A DNA stretch of 64,000 nt. Source: Sphyrna mokarran. Its lineage: Eukaryota. Below, piece by piece: positions 62,441 through 64,000 of the stretch. Every line of letters starts with the position of its first letter. The stretch's first letter is position 1. The notes beneath the pieces were generated by a model. It saw nothing but the letters and a program-made list of their open reading frames with translations, made no database searches and was not told the origin of the DNA. A program made the translations under genes and the position numbers. Location: contig JAGIQG010000023.1 of NCBI GenBank assembly GCA_024679065.1, forward strand, positions 43,710,001 through 43,774,000, read 5' to 3'.

Positions 62441-63499
62441 TGGAGTTTGCACATTCTCCCTGTGTCTGTGTGGGTTTCCTCCCACACTCCAAAGATGTGA
62501 GGTTGATTGGCCATGCTAAATTGACCCAAGTATCAGGGCATTAGCAGGGTAAATATTTGGGGTTACTGGAATAGGACATGGGAATAGGAATGGGTGGGAT
62601 TGGGGTGGGTACAGACTCGATGGGCCGAATGGGTCAATCTGAACATTTCCGTGTTTTCAGCTACCCAGCCCCAGTTGAATGTAGATGCTGCCCTCTACAG
62701 ATAATTACTATATAGTACAAGTAGAGATTAACATTTATTTTAGCACCTTTACACATCATCAAAACTTTACAACAAGCATTGACTTTGCTCTAAGGAGTGC
62801 AGGAGTGTTGACATGTCCTGAGTGGATAAAAGGGTGTCAAGGTATCAACAACACCCCCTGTGCAAATTACATTTTTCTAATTGGCTGCAGTCAGACACAG
62901 ACTGTTCTGCTCTGATATTCTTGTTGACGCCTATGTGAAATCTGATTGTTGCCACAACACATCCAGCTCTGGCTGTTAACTCTAAAGCAGGCCTCGCCCA
63001 GCTCTGAGTTCACACTACAGCACAAACTCAGCATTGTTCCTAATTGTCTGTCGTTTCCGACCCTTTTCCCTTCTATTCCTGCAGGTGACTCCTCTCGCTG
63101 TGATAGTCCCTGGGGTGCCAGCACCCTCTGGCACCCGACACAAATCGTCGCGGACTTGCTCTGATGTCCAACTCAGGGCGGCTTTGTGACAATCCAGTTA
63201 ACTGCAGGGAGGAGATAAAGTTGAGCCGCGTCTGAGCAGTGACTCAGCTGTCCCCTAGAGGCAGAGTGATTGTGTTATCTGTCAGTGAATTTACAAACTC
63301 CTTTCATTATCTCAAAGTAAGGCAATGATCTAGAAAGTGGCCTATTTATTTAAATGAAACACAGCCTGTGCATGGTCCTGTAATAGCTGTGAGGCACATC
63401 AATAACTCGACAGGTTAAAAATAAATTTATTGTGAAACAAACTATACACAGAGCAGAGTGATGAATGCCACTTTCCAATGCAAACGAGGGACAGCTTGC

Positions 63500-64000
63500 T
63501 CTCAGACCCACCATGTCTGGCTGACCAGGCCTCTCCCCCGGGTTTAACTCAGCTGAAGAACGTAAGGTTTGTCGTGACTGGCATCGATCGCAACGCCTGG
63601 CCAGATTTTCAATATTCTCATCAACCCCTGGCCACCGAGTATGATTTCCTGCAAGTATCTTCATTTTGGTGTGAGCTGGATGGACACTGAATTCCTGCAG
63701 CAATGATCCGCTTGCTGAGGATCACTACTGGAGCTCCCCGCAGTGACGCTCCCCCCCTCACAGTTCAGTCTTTGTGGGATGGTTTGAATTGGTCTGACTT
63801 AGCCAAGCGCCATGCACAGAGGAGGATTCAATTTATCCTGCACAGTACTGTGCTCTCACTGAGTCCAATTTCTAACTTGTTTAAATGATAACGGCAGAGT
63901 GTGTAGGAGATTGAGAGCTGGCATTATCTCTCATCGGAGGTTGCGATACACTTTGAGACAGAGGGAGATGACTTTAAGGCTTCTGCGTTCGAGATTTGGC
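63500..64000 (-). mobile_element. Gypsy/Ty3 LTR retrotransposon pol remnant (RNase H end to integrase zinc finger)
   Basis: NAEAL.HLPL...LHTLPLSFKQVRNWT, then HPAHTKMKILA...WPGVDENIENLARRCDRCQ (H2C2 integrase zinc-binding pattern). Confidence 0.75.

Noticed and set aside
63061-63190. Strong + strand acceptor (cccttttcccttctattcctgcag) followed by short open frames
   Set aside because: No recognisable protein in any phase and no upstream partner exon identified; cannot be supported without RNA data.

Overview
This is eukaryotic genomic DNA, most likely from a shark or other elasmobranch (inferred from about two dozen HE1-like tRNA-derived SINEs and the CR1-rich repeat content). It holds two convergent, intron-containing genes. 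OARD1/TARG1 (macrodomain ADP-ribose hydrolase) is on the + strand with four coding exons at 1015-13573; its 5' end is not identified and probably lies upstream of the window. APOBEC2 is on the - strand with a complete 222-aa CDS in two exons (40759-40892 and 32715-33249). This tail-to-tail arrangement matches human 6p21.1 as I recall it. Most of the rest is layered, nested transposon debris: CR1, L2, Rex/Babar and Tx1 LINEs, HE1-like and Deu-type SINEs, MITEs, a Gypsy pol remnant and Penelope-like elements (PLEs). Almost all ORFs in the supplied track are repeat fragments or noise. The most interesting signal is a set of PLE pseudo-LTRs carrying minimal hammerhead ribozyme motifs (CUGANGA-stem II-GAAA-GCUH). 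Two lie in sense orientation on the OARD1 strand, one sits beside a GIY-YIG ORF remnant, and several form fold-back palindromes. Other points are a 20-aa C-terminal extension of OARD1, a splice donor 4 nt after the APOBEC2 stop, and a templated-insertion repair scar. Minimal hammerheads in PLEs are a known class. I found no evidence of a wholly new protein-coding system. Family names are from recall, and repeat boundaries are approximate (no database searches were run).
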